Below, piece after piece: positions 28,135 through 38,206 of a stretch of DNA of 64,000 bases; position 1 is the first letter of the stretch; each line of letters starts with the position of its first letter. The notes beneath the pieces are model-generated. The model saw only the letters and a program-made list of their open reading frames with translations, was not told where the DNA came from and did not search any database. The stretch lies in the NCBI GenBank assembly GCA_027623675.1, contig JAQBVF010000021.1:1-64000 (forward strand). The letters run 5' to 3'. This stretch comes from Chloroflexota bacterium (GTDB lineage: Bacteria > Chloroflexota > Dehalococcoidia > Lucifugimonadales > UBA3495). Position numbers and translations under genes: made by a program.

Positions 28135-28617
28135 ATGCTAGGGGATGCTGGTAGCATCGGAAGTCTCGTCGGCGTGGCCGTATCACTACTTGGTTTGACT
28201 ATCGCTATAGTACAATTGACGAAATTAAGGGGTGAAACGAGGGCTGCCAAAGAGGCTGCTGAAGCTGCGAAACTAGCGATTGGGAGGGAGTTAGCAAGTA
28301 CAGAACTCACGCGCCTAGGAGGGCGGATCGAGGCCCTTAAAGAGCTTCACCGCAGTGGAGACCTGGACCGATGTCTCTCAGCCTACTCTGAGATTCGAGA
28401 ATTATTTCTCGAAATTCGTCGGCGGCATCCTGGATTATCGAACGGCCATAAGCGGAGCATATTCAGAGCCAACGTCCAAGTTGGAGACATGGAAGCAGCC
28501 ATGGAGTCATTACAGGGCGAGATGACACCAGACACGATCGCCGATTTCAACAGGATATTGACGGTGTTCCAGACACAGCTACTGCCCGTGCTAGAAGACC
28601 AACTGCAAGAGGGATGA
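28135..28617 (+). CDS. Hypothetical protein with N-terminal TM helix
   Basis: RBS GAGGT; hydrophobic residues 8-27 then helical body; lower GC than flanks. Confidence 0.65.
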   Translation: MLGDAGSIGSLVGVAVSLLGLTIAIVQLTKLRGETRAAKEAAEAAKLAIGRELASTELTRLGGRIEALKELHRSGDLDRCLSAYSEIRELFLEIRRRHPGLSNGHKRSIFRANVQVGDMEAAMESLQGEMTPDTIADFNRILTVFQTQLLPVLEDQLQEG

Positions 28618-28633
28618 ATAACGGAGCGCGATA

Positions 28634-28963
28634 ATGCCTGAATCGAAACTAGACGAAGTAGCGAATAAGCTTCTTGGCCAGTCAAAAGAGAATAAAGTAA
28701 ATTGGGAAGATACGGGTAAACGAGGAACCTACAGGGTTTTTTTCCCTGATGTGGCTTTAGCCATAACTAAAGTGTACCCATCGTCGGAAGACTCCGAACT
28801 GTGCCTAGAATTGATGAACGAGTCCGGGAGCGTCATAGATTATCTGGAGACCGCACCTGGAGATAGGTACCATTCGCTCTTGAGCCAGATATTCGACTTT
28901 GCGCAGCAACATGTCCGCGATGCAGGAATCAACAAAGCGTTGGAATACCTAAAGGAAGCATAG
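28634..28963 (+). CDS. Hypothetical protein
   Basis: 109-aa ORF 16 nt after previous gene, GGAG RBS, same lower-GC composition. Confidence 0.65.
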   Translation: MPESKLDEVANKLLGQSKENKVNWEDTGKRGTYRVFFPDVALAITKVYPSSEDSELCLELMNESGSVIDYLETAPGDRYHSLLSQIFDFAQQHVRDAGINKALEYLKEA

Positions 28964-29022
28964 TCCATCCACTCCGGCTAATCCAACAAACCACGCTTCA
29001 TCCCAAATTCAGCTAGACTCAT

Positions 29023-30429
29023 CTACCGCTTGTAGACCGCAGCCTCGCCCGAGCGGTCGCAGTTCAGTTTGCGGCTGAGGTGGAGGCCTTCCAGGATGAA
29101 CTCCACGGTCGATGCGATGGCCTCGGGCCGGTCGTCGTCGGTCAATTTCTTGACCGCCTGGGCCAAGCCGTCGATGCTCTTGACCAGATCCGGGTAATCA
29201 GCCGCCGGCTTATCGCTGCCGGTCTCGGCCCGGTTCCCCAGGTCGAAGGCGGTAACCACCGGGTCAAGTTCGTCCACGTCAAAATACCGGCCAAATGTCC
29301 GCAGCACAGCCCGGCGGGTTAGGTCGTCGGTCACCCGCGACTCCCGGCCTTCCTCGAACGTCTCAAGCTCGATCTTCCCGGCGAATGAAGCCACGATGAA
29401 CGACAGGTCGCTCACCCTGGGGCAGGCCCACTGCTCGCCGTTGCGGATGGACCGGCGCACGGCGTTACCCAGCATGACCTCGTAGTTGGCGATGGACACC
29501 CGGACGCTGACACCGGAGCGCTGGTTGATCTCGCCGCTGAGACGAGCCTGGAAAGTGATCTCGGCCAGCATCTCTTTCATGTAATCCGGGATGATCAGGT
29601 TCTCTTCCTCGGGGAACCTGGTGCGCTCCTGGTCCATGATTGCGATCTCTTCGTGAATCTCCTGAGGGTAGTGGGTGTGTATCTGAGAGCCGTAGCGGTC
29701 CTTGAGCGGCGTCACGATTCGGCCACGGTTGGTGTAGTCCTCCGGATTGGCCGTGGAGACCACGAACACGTCTAGGGGCAGCCGCACGCGGTAGCCCTTG
29801 ATCTGCACGTCCCGCTCTTCCATCAGATTGAACAGACCAACTTGGATCCGCTCGGCCAGGTCGGGCAGCTCATTGATGCAGAAGATGCCCCGGTTGGTGC
29901 GCGGGACCATGCCGTAGTGAATCACCAGCTCGTCGGATAGGTAGTGGCCCTCCGCGACCTTGATGGGATCAATCTCACCGATCAGGTCGGCGATGGAGAT
30001 ATCGGGGGTCGCCAGTTTTTCCGCGTAGCGTTCGTCCCGGGGGATCCATTCCAACGGAGTCTTGTCTCCCAGCTCTTCCAACTTGTCCAGGCATTGCCTG
30101 CAGATGGGATTGTAGGGGTTGTCGTTGATCTCGCAGCCGCCGATCTTGGGTATGGCTTCATCCAGCAGGTTGGTCAGGCTGCGGATGATCCGGGTCTTGG
30201 CCTGCCCCCGCTCGCCCAGCAGGATGATGTCCTGCCCGGCCAGAATCGCGTTCTCCAGCTGCGGTATGACCGTATGTTCAAATCCGACGATGCCGGGAAA
30301 GACAATCTCCTCGGCCCGGATCTTGGCGATCAAGTTCTTCCGCATCTCCTCGCGGATCGGGAGTACTTCATAGTTGCTCTTTCGGAGAGCTCCAACGGTT
30401 GCGGGACGTTTTGCGCTTGGCATGCTCAC
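29023..30429 (-). CDS. Mg-chelatase-like AAA+ ATPase
   Basis: GERGQAKT, INELPDLAERIQV, ANPEDYTNRGRIVTPLKDR, SGVSVR. Confidence 0.85.
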   Translation of the reverse strand: MSMPSAKRPATVGALRKSNYEVLPIREEMRKNLIAKIRAEEIVFPGIVGFEHTVIPQLENAILAGQDIILLGERGQAKTRIIRSLTNLLDEAIPKIGGCEINDNPYNPICRQCLDKLEELGDKTPLEWIPRDERYAEKLATPDISIADLIGEIDPIKVAEGHYLSDELVIHYGMVPRTNRGIFCINELPDLAERIQVGLFNLMEERDVQIKGYRVRLPLDVFVVSTANPEDYTNRGRIVTPLKDRYGSQIHTHYPQEIHEEIAIMDQERTRFPEEENLIIPDYMKEMLAEITFQARLSGEINQRSGVSVRVSIANYEVMLGNAVRRSIRNGEQWACPRVSDLSFIVASFAGKIELETFEEGRESRVTDDLTRRAVLRTFGRYFDVDELDPVVTAFDLGNRAETGSDKPAADYPDLVKSIDGLAQAVKKLTDDDRPEAIASTVEFILEGLHLSRKLNCDRSGEAAVYKR

Positions 30430-30604
30430 CCTCCATCGACGGCTGTCTCAAGTATCTTCACGCCATGACCGCGCGGGATTGCCGGGGTTGCCGGAATCGC
30501 AATGAGGCCGGATGCACCGGTTGGCTCGTAGTACAAATCAGTTCCAAGTTATCATACCTTGACCTATAATTTAACCAGACAGGCCAGCGGCTTAGAGTGC
30601 GACT

Positions 30605-30979
30605 ATGTTCACCAGATTGGCGTTTCCCCTTTTGTTCTTCTTGGCGCCGCGGATGCTGCCCAAGATATTCAGGTTCCTCCGCCTGGTCTGGCGGCTGACC
30701 TTCGACAAACGGGTTTCCATATTTCTGCGGGCGCTGGTGCCTCTGGCCCTCTTGTATGTCATCTCACCCATCGACCTGATAAAAGACAATCTCCCCTACG
30801 GCGTCGGGCGGTTCGACGACCTCATAATCCTGGGGTTGGCCCTGCTTTTCCTGACCAAGTTAGCTCCGCCCAGGGTCGTTGACGAGCACATGGGACGCGT
30901 GCCGCCGTCGGACCGACCGGAAGACAAGGACCCTGAAAAAGTGGTCGACGGCAGAAGCAGGCTGATTGACGACGAGTAA
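30605..30979 (+). CDS. DUF1232 (YkvA) membrane protein
   Basis: LYVISPIDLI.D..P..G..DDL. Confidence 0.8.
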   Translation: MFTRLAFPLLFFLAPRMLPKIFRFLRLVWRLTFDKRVSIFLRALVPLALLYVISPIDLIKDNLPYGVGRFDDLIILGLALLFLTKLAPPRVVDEHMGRVPPSDRPEDKDPEKVVDGRSRLIDDE

Positions 30980-32213
30980 CGCTTCTCAGGCAAGCCCAGG
31001 CATCGTTCCCGCATCTGGAATGGGATTCTACGTACACGTCCCATTCTGCAAGACCAAGTGCCCCTACTGCGACTTCAACACCTACCAGGGCATCGACAAC
31101 CTCATGGAGCCGTTCCTGCCGGCGGTCAGGGCCGAGATTGAATGCTGGGGCGAAACACTGGCCCTCCCACCGGTCCGTTCAGCCGTGAAATCGGTCTTCT
31201 TCGGCGGCGGCACCCCTTCCTACCTGCCCGCTGGCCATATCGAAAAGATACTCGAATCGATACAGTCGTCCTTCCGGGTTGCCCCCGGCGCCGAGATCAC
31301 CATCGAAGCCAACCCCGGCGACCTGGACGCCGCGGGCTGCGCCGGCATCCTCGGCCAGGGAGTGAACCGGCTGAGCATCGGAGTGCAGAGCCTGGACAAC
31401 GACCTGCTTAACCTGCTGGGCCGGCGCCACCAAGCCTCGGAGGCCATCGAGGCCTTCCAGACCGCCCGCCAGGCCGGTTTCGACAACGTCAACCTGGACC
31501 TGATGTACGGACTGCCCAACCAGTCCATGGACCAGTGGCGCCAGACCCTGGACACACTGGTTAACCTGACACCGGAGCACATCTCCCTCTACGCCCTGGG
31601 CATCGAGGAAGGCACGCCGATGCACCGCTGGTTGGAAGAAGGAAAGATTCCCCAGCCGGACCCCGACCTGGCGGCCGACATGTACCAGTACGCCCGCGAG
31701 GCGCTGGCAGCCGCCGGCTACCACCACTATGAGATATCCAACTGGTCGCTGCCCGGCAAGGCCTGCGCCCATAACCTGGTCTACTGGGAGAACGGTCCCT
31801 ATCTGGGTGTTGGCCCCGGCGCCCATTCCCGGCTGGGAGACCACCGGTTCTGGACCGTCCTCTCGCCCCGCGGCTACCTGGACAAAGCCATCGCCTGGGC
31901 TGGCGCGAACCCTGAGCCGGCGGCTGGATCGCTAGAAACCGTGCTCCAAGGAGTCCCAACCCTGTCCGGCTGGGAGCAAATCAGCCAAGAAACCGCCTGC
32001 TCCGAAACCATGTTCCTGGGGCTGCGCCTGCTGGACGGCCTGGACCTGACCGCCGCCTCCACCCAAACCGGCGTCGACCTGGCCAAAAAGTTCGAAACCC
32101 CGATCCAAGAGTGCATCCAACTGGGCCTCCTGGAACAGGAAGGCAACTGCCTCAAGTTGACCAAGCCGGCATACCTGGTAGCCAACCAAGCGTTCACGCG
32201 GTTCTTGGAGTAG
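30966..32213 (+). CDS. hemW: Radical SAM heme chaperone HemW
   Basis: YVHVPFCKTKCPYCDF, GGGTPS, EANP, YEISN, HNLVYW. Confidence 0.88.
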   Translation: MTTSNASQASPGIVPASGMGFYVHVPFCKTKCPYCDFNTYQGIDNLMEPFLPAVRAEIECWGETLALPPVRSAVKSVFFGGGTPSYLPAGHIEKILESIQSSFRVAPGAEITIEANPGDLDAAGCAGILGQGVNRLSIGVQSLDNDLLNLLGRRHQASEAIEAFQTARQAGFDNVNLDLMYGLPNQSMDQWRQTLDTLVNLTPEHISLYALGIEEGTPMHRWLEEGKIPQPDPDLAADMYQYAREALAAAGYHHYEISNWSLPGKACAHNLVYWENGPYLGVGPGAHSRLGDHRFWTVLSPRGYLDKAIAWAGANPEPAAGSLETVLQGVPTLSGWEQISQETACSETMFLGLRLLDGLDLTAASTQTGVDLAKKFETPIQECIQLGLLEQEGNCLKLTKPAYLVANQAFTRFLE

Positions 32214-32304
32214 GCCTGACTGGCCGGCCACGCTATTCCATCCAGGCAGCGAGTGCTATCCTGTAATTATTCCGCTCTAGAGGCCGCCCGATGACAGCAA
32301 CGAC

Positions 32305-32532
32305 ATGATAAATGAACTCGACACAATAGTCCTCACCCACGACGTAAGGGAACACAGTCTGCAACAGGGCGACATTGGCACAGTGGTCCACTGCTATCCT
32401 GCTGGCGGTTTTGAGGTTGAATTCGTCACTGGAGAAGGGAGCACGGCGGCGGTCCTTACCCTTGCCGGTGACGACATCCGCCCCATGGGCAAGGGCGAGA
32501 TTTTACATGCCCGCGAATACGACGCTGCGTGA
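32305..32532 (+). CDS. DUF4926 domain protein
   Basis: ELDTIVLT.D..EH.L..GDIGTVVH.Y....EVEF...G.T.AVLTL. Confidence 0.75.
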   Translation: MINELDTIVLTHDVREHSLQQGDIGTVVHCYPAGGFEVEFVTGEGSTAAVLTLAGDDIRPMGKGEILHAREYDAA

Positions 32533-32542
32533 TTACTGAGCC

Positions 32543-34408
32543 ATGTACGTAATAGGCACCGCCGGCCACGTGGACCACGGAAAGTCCACGCTGGTTAAGA
32601 CGCTAACCGACATTGACCCCGACCGCTTCCCTGAAGAGAAGGCCAGGGAGATGACGATCGACCTGGGCTTTGCCTGGATGACGCTGCCCAGCGGACGGGA
32701 GGTCAGCATCGTCGACGTCCCCGGCCACGAACGGTTCATCAAGAACATGCTGGCCGGCGTGGGCGCCATCGACCTGGCCCTGCTCATCGTCGCCGCGGAC
32801 GAAAGCGTCATGCCCCAGACCAGGGAGCACCTGGCCATCCTCGACATCCTACAGATCACCCGCGGCCTAGTGGTCATCACCAAGACGGACCTGGCCGACG
32901 AGGAGATGGTCGAGCTGGTCAAGGCCGAGGTGGAAGACACCCTGAAGGGCACGTCTTTCGAGGGCTGCCCCATGGTCGGCGTCTCGGCCTACAGCGGCGA
33001 CGGCATGGACGAACTGAAAGCCACCATCGACAGCATCCTGGACGTTACCGAGGCCAGGAAAGACCTGGGCCGGCCCCGTCTGCCCATCGACCGGTGCTTC
33101 ACCATCTCCGGGTTCGGCACGGTGGTCACGGGCACGCTGATCGACGGCACCTTGACCGTGGGACAGGAGGTCGAGCTAGCCGGGTCAGGGCATAGGGCCA
33201 GGGTCAGAGGGCTCCAAAGTCACAAGACCAAGGTGGACACCACCGACCCCGGGGTCCGGCTGGCCGTGAACCTGTCCGGCCTCTCCCGGGAGGATGTCGA
33301 ACGCGGCGAGATACTGACCGTGCCCGGCTGGCTCAAGCCCACCTACCGCCTGGACGCCCGCATGCGCATGGTCAAGAACGCCCCCCACCCCCTGAAACAC
33401 AATCAGGGCGTCACCTTTCATCTGTTCACCAGCGAGTCGCCGGCGCGGATCAGGCTGCTGGACGCCGACCGGCTTTCCGCCGGCGAAGAGGGCTGGGTCC
33501 AGCTACTGCTCTCCGAGCCGCTGCCGGTGGTCAAGGGTGACTTTTTCGTCATCCGTTCCGCCGAGGACACCCTGGGCGGCGGCCAGATCATCGACCCCAA
33601 CCCACGCCGGCGCTACAAGCGGTTCGACGACGATGTTGTGGAACGGCTGATGACCCTGGACCAGGGCACGGGCGGCGACATCATCATCAGCGTGGCTGAG
33701 CAATGGGGACCGTGTGACCTGACGACCCTCTCCCAGCGGACCAACCTTCCCAGAGAGGAAGTAACGGAACGGGTGGCCCAACTGACCGGGGAAGGGCACC
33801 TGATGACCCTGGGCGATTTCGGGACCGACGCCGAAGCCGTGGTCTACTCGGCCCAAGGATGGGACGTGCTCAAGAGCAAGGTCCTCTCCGCGCTCCAGCT
33901 CTTCCATACCCAGTTCCCGTTGCGGCCGGGCATACCCGCTCAGGAGATACGCAGCCGCCTAAGCCTCTCCCAGCCGGTCTTCCAGCGGACGTTGGCCCGG
34001 CTCAGCCAGGACGGCGCCGTGGTGGACGAACGGCAATCCCTGCGTCTGCCCGGTCACGAGATCACCCTAACTCCAAAGATGGAAGAAGAGGCGTCTGCCT
34101 ACTTGAAGTCTCTGCGGAAAGACCCCTATTCTCCATCCAGCGACCAGCCGGTCAACTCGGAACTCTTGGGCGTGCTCATCGACCAGGGAAAGGTGGTTAG
34201 GGTGGCCGACGGAATCATCTTCGACTCGGCCGCCTACCGCGAGATGACCGACCGCATCGTCCAGCACCTGAAGGACCAGGGCAATATAACGGTTGCCGAG
34301 GCACGGACCATGTTCGACACCAGCCGCAAATACATCCTGCCCTTCCTGGAACACATGGACCAACTGCAGATCACCCGCCGCACCGGCGACGAACGGGTCT
34401 TGAGGTAA
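32543..34408 (+). CDS. selB: Selenocysteine-specific elongation factor
   Basis: GTAGHVDHGKS, EEKAREMTIDLGF, DVPGHE, TKTD, C-terminal winged helix TSRKYILPFLEHMD..ITRR.GD.R. Confidence 0.96.
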   Translation: MYVIGTAGHVDHGKSTLVKTLTDIDPDRFPEEKAREMTIDLGFAWMTLPSGREVSIVDVPGHERFIKNMLAGVGAIDLALLIVAADESVMPQTREHLAILDILQITRGLVVITKTDLADEEMVELVKAEVEDTLKGTSFEGCPMVGVSAYSGDGMDELKATIDSILDVTEARKDLGRPRLPIDRCFTISGFGTVVTGTLIDGTLTVGQEVELAGSGHRARVRGLQSHKTKVDTTDPGVRLAVNLSGLSREDVERGEILTVPGWLKPTYRLDARMRMVKNAPHPLKHNQGVTFHLFTSESPARIRLLDADRLSAGEEGWVQLLLSEPLPVVKGDFFVIRSAEDTLGGGQIIDPNPRRRYKRFDDDVVERLMTLDQGTGGDIIISVAEQWGPCDLTTLSQRTNLPREEVTERVAQLTGEGHLMTLGDFGTDAEAVVYSAQGWDVLKSKVLSALQLFHTQFPLRPGIPAQEIRSRLSLSQPVFQRTLARLSQDGAVVDERQSLRLPGHEITLTPKMEEEASAYLKSLRKDPYSPSSDQPVNSELLGVLIDQGKVVRVADGIIFDSAAYREMTDRIVQHLKDQGNITVAEARTMFDTSRKYILPFLEHMDQLQITRRTGDERVLR

Positions 34409-34414
34409 GTCGGC

Positions 34415-35626
34415 TTGGGACTGGACATGGGCCAGACGGTCCTCCAATTGGACCAACTCACCCTATCGGTGCGCGGCGCCAGCGAGACCCGGGAAGAGCG
34501 GCTCACGGCCCTGATGAACGCCGCGGCCGGCATCGACCCCGTCAACGCCGCCGAGATGACCTCCGACACCAGGCAGCGCCCCTACCTGGCCGCAGAGGTG
34601 GAGGAATCTCTGCTGGGGGTCTACCCACCGCCCGATACCCCGCCCGACTGGACCGTGGCTGCCGTTGACGGCTCGCACATCGACGTCGACCGGCATCTGC
34701 CCGTACCGTGTTACCTGTTGAACTTCGGCGGCTGTGTGCTGACCTACGGCTCCCGGCCCGACGCCACCCTTTTCAGCCACCCTCACCTGGCTGTTACCGA
34801 GGATGAGCTATACATCCGCGATTCCAAGAACCGGAACCAAGAGGAGCTGATCAGCGGCGGACTCCTGGGCCTGGTGCGCACAGTTAAAGAACTGGAAACC
34901 CTGGCGAATACGGTGGAACGATGCCCGCCCGGCACGCCGGTCCTGGGTCTGGTTGACGGCTCGCTGGTGATGTGGCCCCTGTCCGGCCAGGCCTACCGTC
35001 CCTATATCACCGACGCCATCGTCCGCGACGGCCTGCTGCCGGCGATGAAGCGCCTGAAGCAACTTGGCGAGACCCGGCCTGTCGCCCTGGCCGCCTACGT
35101 GTCCTATCCGCGCAGCACTGAGGCGGTTAACGCCGTGCGCTGTTCACTGTGTCCCTACGACGCCGGCGTCTGCGCCCAGTCATGCAACAATCGCCGGTCC
35201 ACCCAGCAGCCCTGCGCCCAGGCCAACGACTTCCTGGACCGCGACCTGTTCCAACGACTGCTGCAGCCGGGCTGGCGTTCGCCGGTCTACAAGACCAACT
35301 CGTCAGTTTCCCGGGAATCCTACGACGAAGCCAACAAGGTCTACTTCTTCTACGTGAACGCCGGTGAGGAGATCGGGCGGGTCGAGGTCCCCAAGTGGGT
35401 TGCCAAGAACGAGACCCTGCTCGCCCTAACCCATAGTCTGGTCTACGACCAGTGCCAGCGGGGCCAGGGCTACCCGGTGGCCATCTCCGAATCCCACGAG
35501 CAGGCGGTGATCAACGGGGGAGACCGCCGCGTCTTCCGCCGCATGCTGACCGACTCCCTAGAACGCCAGGGCCTATCCGCCGCCACCTCCCAGAAAGACC
35601 GCTCCAAACGCTCACCCTGGGTCTAG
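34415..35626 (+). CDS. NurA-family nuclease
   Basis: AVDGS, LVDGSL, GRVEVP, GYPVAISESHEQAVI; start uncertain (TTG 34415 or ATG 34427). Confidence 0.82.
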   Translation: MGLDMGQTVLQLDQLTLSVRGASETREERLTALMNAAAGIDPVNAAEMTSDTRQRPYLAAEVEESLLGVYPPPDTPPDWTVAAVDGSHIDVDRHLPVPCYLLNFGGCVLTYGSRPDATLFSHPHLAVTEDELYIRDSKNRNQEELISGGLLGLVRTVKELETLANTVERCPPGTPVLGLVDGSLVMWPLSGQAYRPYITDAIVRDGLLPAMKRLKQLGETRPVALAAYVSYPRSTEAVNAVRCSLCPYDAGVCAQSCNNRRSTQQPCAQANDFLDRDLFQRLLQPGWRSPVYKTNSSVSRESYDEANKVYFFYVNAGEEIGRVEVPKWVAKNETLLALTHSLVYDQCQRGQGYPVAISESHEQAVINGGDRRVFRRMLTDSLERQGLSAATSQKDRSKRSPWV

Positions 35627-35717
35627 ACGGATCCCGCAGGCTCGGTCGGGGACACAGGCAACACCCCTTGGCAACAACCCTGGCCACCAACCCACTCACC
35701 CCAACAGGAGCGCCAAG

Positions 35718-36692
35718 ATGCTAACCACCCGACTCTCCACACTGCTGGGAATCGACTTCCCGATAATCAATGCGCCGATGACTGGGACCGCCACCGCCAC
35801 TCTGGCCGCCGCCGTCTCCAAAGCCGGGGCTTTCGGGATGATTGGCGCCAGGCTGGACCCTGACCCGGCCTGGCTGAAAGAGCAGATACGGGCCGTCAGG
35901 GAGAAAACCGACCGGCCCTTCGGCGTCGGATTCATCTCCTCCGCCGCCGGCATCGAGCGGAACGTCGAAGCGGCACTGGAAGCCAAGGTGGCCGCCATCA
36001 GTCACTCGTTCGCCGACCCAGCGCCCTTCATTCACCAGGCCCAGGGCAGCGGCGTCAAGGTCTTCGCTCAGGTGCAGACCATGGCCGATGCTCGAAGCGC
36101 GGTTAACGCCGGGGCCGATGTCATCATCGCCCAGGGGAGCGAGGCCGGCGGGCACACCGGCCAGTTGGGCACATTGTCCTTCGTGCGGGCGGTGGTCAAG
36201 ATCGCCGGGGAGATACCGGTGGTGGCCGCCGGCGGCATCGCGGACGGCCCAGGTCTGGCGGCCGCCTTGATGCTGGGGGCCGAAGGCGCGTGGCTGGGGA
36301 CCCGCTTCGTGGCCAGCATGGAATGGGCCGGCGCCGAGTGGGCCAAAGGCCAGGTGGTCATCGCCGACACCGACGACACCATCCTCACCAAAGTCTACGA
36401 TCTGGTCTCAGACGCGCCCTTCCCATTTGAGGTCGGCGACCGGGTGATCGCCAATCGCTTCACCGACACCTGGCACGGCCGGGAAACCGAGATGATGGCC
36501 CGGAAAAGCGAACTGAGCGAGGATATCGCCACCGCCGTCGCTGCCGAAGACGCCACCACGGCGCCGGTCCGGGCGGGGGCCGCATCCGGCCTGATCCGCT
36601 CCATCGAGCCCGCGTCATACATACTCCGCGAGATCGTCTCCCAAGCCGAAGACATCCTCAAGAACCGCCCGCAGAAGCTGCTGGGCGGCTAG
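35718..36692 (+). CDS. Nitronate monooxygenase family flavoenzyme
   Basis: PIINAPM, AQGSEAGGH, AAGGIADG, LGTRF. Confidence 0.9.
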   Translation: MLTTRLSTLLGIDFPIINAPMTGTATATLAAAVSKAGAFGMIGARLDPDPAWLKEQIRAVREKTDRPFGVGFISSAAGIERNVEAALEAKVAAISHSFADPAPFIHQAQGSGVKVFAQVQTMADARSAVNAGADVIIAQGSEAGGHTGQLGTLSFVRAVVKIAGEIPVVAAGGIADGPGLAAALMLGAEGAWLGTRFVASMEWAGAEWAKGQVVIADTDDTILTKVYDLVSDAPFPFEVGDRVIANRFTDTWHGRETEMMARKSELSEDIATAVAAEDATTAPVRAGAASGLIRSIEPASYILREIVSQAEDILKNRPQKLLGG

Positions 36693-36789
36693 GCCCATTC
36701 ACTAAAGGCCTCTTTACTGACACGGCACCAAGTCATTGGTCCGGCAGGACAATAAGCGCCCTCGGCCAGCGAGGCGCCTAGCCCAAAAC

Positions 36790-36878
36790 TGTCATTCTGA
36801 CGAGTGAAGCGAGGAAGAATCTGCCAATTCTCAACTTGGCAGACCCTTCGACCTTCCCCAGAAGGACTCAGAGTGGCA
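36790..36878. repeat. REP-like element between convergent genes
   Basis: TGTCATTCTGA...GAAGAATCT-GCCAA/TTGGC-AGACCCTTCG...CTCAGAGTGGCA long imperfect hairpin. Confidence 0.7.
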
Positions 36879-36994
36879 ATTTAGAAGCGGCTTTCCTACC
36901 TTTAGACCGTTGCTTTGATGACGACGCACCGTAGCAGGGAACGGTTAGGACCCTCGGTGCATCGGGAAGACTCTCAATGTAGCCGGATATCGAG

Positions 36995-38188
36995 CTACGG
37001 TTGCGACCCACCCAAGTACTCAACCAAGTCTGACACCGCATCAAAGCGCCCAACGGTCTTAAGAAATTCCTCCATGCTCTCGGCCTCTGCTTGCAGTTCC
37101 TTCAGTTGGCCGCCGATGGGGCTGACGGAGGCGGCGCCGGTGGCGTAGGAGCCGTGGAAGGCGAAGAAGGCTTGGTTGATCCTACGGATGAAGTACCCGT
37201 TGTCAGCCAGGAATTGCCTGCGGTCATCCATGTAGGATTCGGCCTCTTCGATCTTGCCTTCGGCCAGGAGGGCTTCGGCGGTCAGGCGGGTCTCGCGCAT
37301 CGCTTCCCTGAAGTCGAACATCTCCGGATCGACCGGGCCGGTGGCCGGCTGCCGGTCGACAACCTCTCCGGTCATAGCGGTGAAAGCTCTATCGCCGATG
37401 ATCTCGCCCCCGATGGACGCCGCCGTCTCATTCAGAGTGGTCATGTCGGCGTTGTCCCAGAAGTGCTGGCCCAGGGGTTGAAAGAAGAACCAATGGTGCA
37501 GCCACTCGTGGGCCGTTGTGACCAGGGCGTTGTGCAGGCTTCCCGAGTCCGATACCACGCTGGGGTAGGTCGCCACGCCGCCGGTGCTGACGATCAAGGC
37601 CGACACGTTGTCCTCCTGGAGAATCAGGTCTTCCAGCCGCCCTCGTTCCGAGTCTGAGATTCCGGGTTTAAGCAGTGTTGAACTGGTCTGGGCGATGCGG
37701 TCGCGCGGGGAGGTTACCAGCACCCCCGGCGAGGCGGCGTAAACCGTGTCCACCGGCGGGAATATGACACCGATGCGCGACGAGAAACCCTCTTGGACCA
37801 AGACAGCGCTGATCTCCGACTCCAGCGTCTCCTCAACGGCGGCCTGCATCTCACTGCGCCGCAGCCGTAGTTCCTCCACCTGCCGTGAGGCATCATCTTG
37901 GGCGCCGTTCGCCCTTTCCAGGTCCCTGATCCGCGCCCCCAGATCGAAATATTCCTGGGCCTGGGCGATGCGCCGTTCTCGAGCTGGCTCCGAGTTCCAG
38001 GGCAAGATGTCCTGGAACTTATTCACCCACTTGTCCGACAGGTTTTCCATCTCCCAACGCAGCAGGCTGTACCTGTAGGGCGCCACCGCGACATCGCTGG
38101 CGGAGGGGCGGTCGCCGGCGTTAACCGCGCCCAGCAGCACCAGTGTGACGACAGTGAGCATCAGGGACCGTTTGGCTATCTTAAACAC
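36995..38188 (-). CDS. Exported gluzincin-like putative Zn peptidase
   Basis: N-terminal signal/TM; AHEWLHH followed by LNETAA. Confidence 0.6.
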   Translation of the reverse strand: MFKIAKRSLMLTVVTLVLLGAVNAGDRPSASDVAVAPYRYSLLRWEMENLSDKWVNKFQDILPWNSEPARERRIAQAQEYFDLGARIRDLERANGAQDDASRQVEELRLRRSEMQAAVEETLESEISAVLVQEGFSSRIGVIFPPVDTVYAASPGVLVTSPRDRIAQTSSTLLKPGISDSERGRLEDLILQEDNVSALIVSTGGVATYPSVVSDSGSLHNALVTTAHEWLHHWFFFQPLGQHFWDNADMTTLNETAASIGGEIIGDRAFTAMTGEVVDRQPATGPVDPEMFDFREAMRETRLTAEALLAEGKIEEAESYMDDRRQFLADNGYFIRRINQAFFAFHGSYATGAASVSPIGGQLKELQAEAESMEEFLKTVGRFDAVSDLVEYLGGSQP

Positions 38189-38206
38189 AAGCGCATCCGG
38201 AACGGG

